Part shown: positions 62,074-64,000 of the stretch, in pieces
How the letters are laid out: every line of letters begins with the position of its first letter
Position numbering within the stretch: the stretch's first letter is position 1
Position numbers and translations under genes: made by a program
The notes under the pieces: generated by a model
The model's database searches: none
What the model saw: the letters and a program-made list of their open reading frames with translations, nothing else
What the model was told of the DNA's origin: nothing
NCBI GenBank assembly: GCA_963724125.1
Contig: CAVRTJ010000034.1
Span: 18,237-82,236, forward strand
Origin: an uncultured Acidobacteriota bacterium
GTDB taxonomy: Bacteria; Acidobacteriota; UBA4820; DSQY01
Reading direction: 5' to 3'
Length of the DNA stretch: 64,000 bases

Positions 62074-64000
62074 ATGAGCAAGAAATTCGTCATTACGGTA
62101 TGTGCACTCGCGGCCTTCCTCCTTGCCGTCGACGCCCGTGCCTTCACACCCGAACCGGTACTCCTGCTCGAATGCCCTCCCGGCATGACTTTTACCGAAT
62201 GGACGGCAAACATGGCGAGCCGGGGGATTCACCTCAACCACGCTTTTCCGCCTGTCGGCGGCCTCCTTGTCCTTGCGCCCACGCAGGGGCTCTACGCGAC
62301 GATCGCCGACCTTCCCGCCGGAACGCTCACTTTCGAAGAGAGCCCGAGTGGAAAGGACGCGGACAGGCTGACCGCGACCTTCGAGGGCAGACTGCTGTGG
62401 CACGCCCAGCGCGCCCTTCTCGGGCTGGAGGGGCCGTCTGCGGGAGAATTCCAGTTACCCGGGCGCCCTCTCGATCACGACGTTTTGGAGCCTCTCGCCT
62501 ACCTCGGTCCGGAGGGCGCGTGCTCGGCTTACTCCCTCTACCGAACGACGTCCGAGTACATGCTCGGCACCGTATCTGTCAGCGTGATTCTGCCCGAGAG
62601 CACCGGTGCCGCCAGTACGGAGGACTGGACGCCGACGCTCGAAACCAACGTATCCAACGGCATCGTCCAGGGCCTCAACGATCTCTCCAATTACTACATC
62701 ACGCTCTTTTCTCTCCCCTCCTCCCTCAAGCCGACGTGGACCTACCACTACTATTTCGGGCGGACGGACGCGCGAGCCCAGGTCACCGTGGAGCCGATCA
62801 GCAATCCGGGTCCCACTGCCTCCAACCCCCAGTGGGTCAACACGATTTACGACAACCTGGGATATACCTCGGACTCCACGATGTGGGACAAGGGTCGCCA
62901 TTTCAACGGCGACCAGCGGGCCGGAGACGGAACGGACTGGGCTTACACCATATTCGTGGCCAACAGCCTCAACGACGCCGACGGGATGTTCAGCGACAGC
63001 AGCTTCGCCTACGCCTACCTGGGCGGTCCGTTCTGCGTCATGACCTACGACAACGACGGATGGACCATCAGCCAGATGAACGCGGTGGCACGCCACGAGT
63101 CCAGTCACATCTTTTACGCGCTGGACGAGTACAGCTCCTCCCCGTGCTACTGCACGCAGACGAGCGGTTACGTGAACTATCAGGACCAGAACTGCAACAA
63201 GTCCTGCCTTATCAATGTGCCCTGCATCATGAACGAGTCCTACCGGCAGTACAACGTCTGCTTCTACACGGCGGGCCAGATCGGTTGGGGCGACTCGGAC
63301 GCGGACGGCGTACCCGACCCCGTGGACATCGACCCGGACACCGCTCTCACCGCCTACGCCCCCGACCCCACGACGAACACGACCCTGACCTACACCGGCA
63401 CCGCGACGATCCAGACGAACTCCAACCAGAACATCTACCACTACATGTGCGACATGAACATCCTGACCATCGGCAACGTGCAGTACAGGGTCGACGGTGG
63501 CGCCTGGCAGAACGCGACGGCCTCCGACGGCGCCTTCGACAGCGGCACGGAAAACTACACCTTCACCGCCACGGTCACATCCGGCACCCACACCTTCGAC
63601 ACGAGAGCGATAGACGAGCTCGGACAGACGGACGCCAGCCCGGCCACGGATACCGTCACGGTGACGGCTACCTGTACCGATTCCTACGAACCCAACGACA
63701 CGTGCGCTACCGCCTATCTCCTCTCCTGCGGAGCAAGCATCAACGACGCGAAACTCTGCAGCGCTTCGGACCTGGATTACTTCGCCGTGACACCCGCGAG
63801 CACAGGCACCCTGGCGGTTTCCATGACGCCGCCTTCCGGGCGGGACTACGACCTCATCCTCTATTCAAACGACTGCGGCACCACCCTGTGCGCGCCCGGC
63901 GTGCGGGGGAGCGGAACGGAGACCTGCAACATCTCCGTGGTCGGTGGAACCACCTATAAGGTCCTGGTCGCTGGGTACGGTGGTGCCTACGACGCGGCCA
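62074..64000 (+). CDS. Secreted HExxH zinc metalloprotease with Y_Y_Y-like and pre-peptidase C-terminal (PPC) domains; 3' end outside window
   Basis: Open frame from the ATG at 62074 (SD GGGGAGAAAG) to the window end with no stop; it is not in the supplied ORF track because it runs off the window. Signal peptide MSKKFVITVCALAAFLLAVDARA; HExxH in AVARHESSHIFYALDEY; QYRVDGGAW...GTHTFDTRAIDELGQTDASPA motif; PPC-like YEPNDTCATAY...DLDYFAV...DYDLILY. Confidence 0.75.
   Translation, partial: MSKKFVITVCALAAFLLAVDARAFTPEPVLLLECPPGMTFTEWTANMASRGIHLNHAFPPVGGLLVLAPTQGLYATIADLPAGTLTFEESPSGKDADRLTATFEGRLLWHAQRALLGLEGPSAGEFQLPGRPLDHDVLEPLAYLGPEGACSAYSLYRTTSEYMLGTVSVSVILPESTGAASTEDWTPTLETNVSNGIVQGLNDLSNYYITLFSLPSSLKPTWTYHYYFGRTDARAQVTVEPISNPGPTASNPQWVNTIYDNLGYTSDSTMWDKGRHFNGDQRAGDGTDWAYTIFVANSLNDADGMFSDSSFAYAYLGGPFCVMTYDNDGWTISQMNAVARHESSHIFYALDEYSSSPCYCTQTSGYVNYQDQNCNKSCLINVPCIMNESYRQYNVCFYTAGQIGWGDSDADGVPDPVDIDPDTALTAYAPDPTTNTTLTYTGTATIQTNSNQNIYHYMCDMNILTIGNVQYRVDGGAWQNATASDGAFDSGTENYTFTATVTSGTHTFDTRAIDELGQTDASPATDTVTVTATCTDSYEPNDTCATAYLLSCGASINDAKLCSASDLDYFAVTPASTGTLAVSMTPPSGRDYDLILYSNDCGTTLCAPGVRGSGTETCNISVVGGTTYKVLVAGYGGAYDAA

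Noticed and set aside
62100-63959. 619-aa plus-strand ORF listed in the ORF track
   Set aside because: Wrong frame: Arg/Pro-rich nonsense translation. The real gene is in the frame starting at the ATG at 62074, which has a signal peptide, HExxH and PPC domain and runs off the window end.

Overview
64-kb window from a high-GC (~65%) bacterial chromosome; lineage cannot be assigned from sequence alone. I call about 40 protein-coding genes and no rRNA, tRNA, CRISPR array or recognisable mobile element. Content in order: (1) two very large secreted repeat proteins, a parallel beta-helix/He_PIG protein (5' end outside the window) and an RCC1-propeller/PKD protein; (2) a membrane-anchored B12-binding radical SAM enzyme preceded by a translationally coupled 47-codon ORF, divergent from a YceI-like gene; (3) a five-gene, translationally coupled alpha-glucan operon on the minus strand (glgE, treS-maltokinase fusion, malQ, glgB, GH57); (4) transport and signalling genes (alanine/cation symporter, response regulator-PAS, membrane sensor GAF-PP2C phosphatase, PAS-GGDEF-EAL); (5) a methionine-sulfoxide repair module; (6) peptidases (M16, M3B PepF, S26, S46, partial HExxH metalloprotease); (7) housekeeping genes (gap, slyD-like, hflKC, RRM protein, acyl-CoA ligase, cfa, serC, serA-like, proline dehydrogenase); (8) a two-gene module of a RimK-like ATP-grasp ligase with a GNAT/C39-like peptidase fusion, which I consider the best candidate for an uncharacterised system. 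At least 18 apparent frameshifts interrupt otherwise conserved genes, which points to indel errors in the assembly rather than mass pseudogenisation, so gene boundaries here are approximate. All family assignments come from reading the translated ORFs for motifs; no database search was run.
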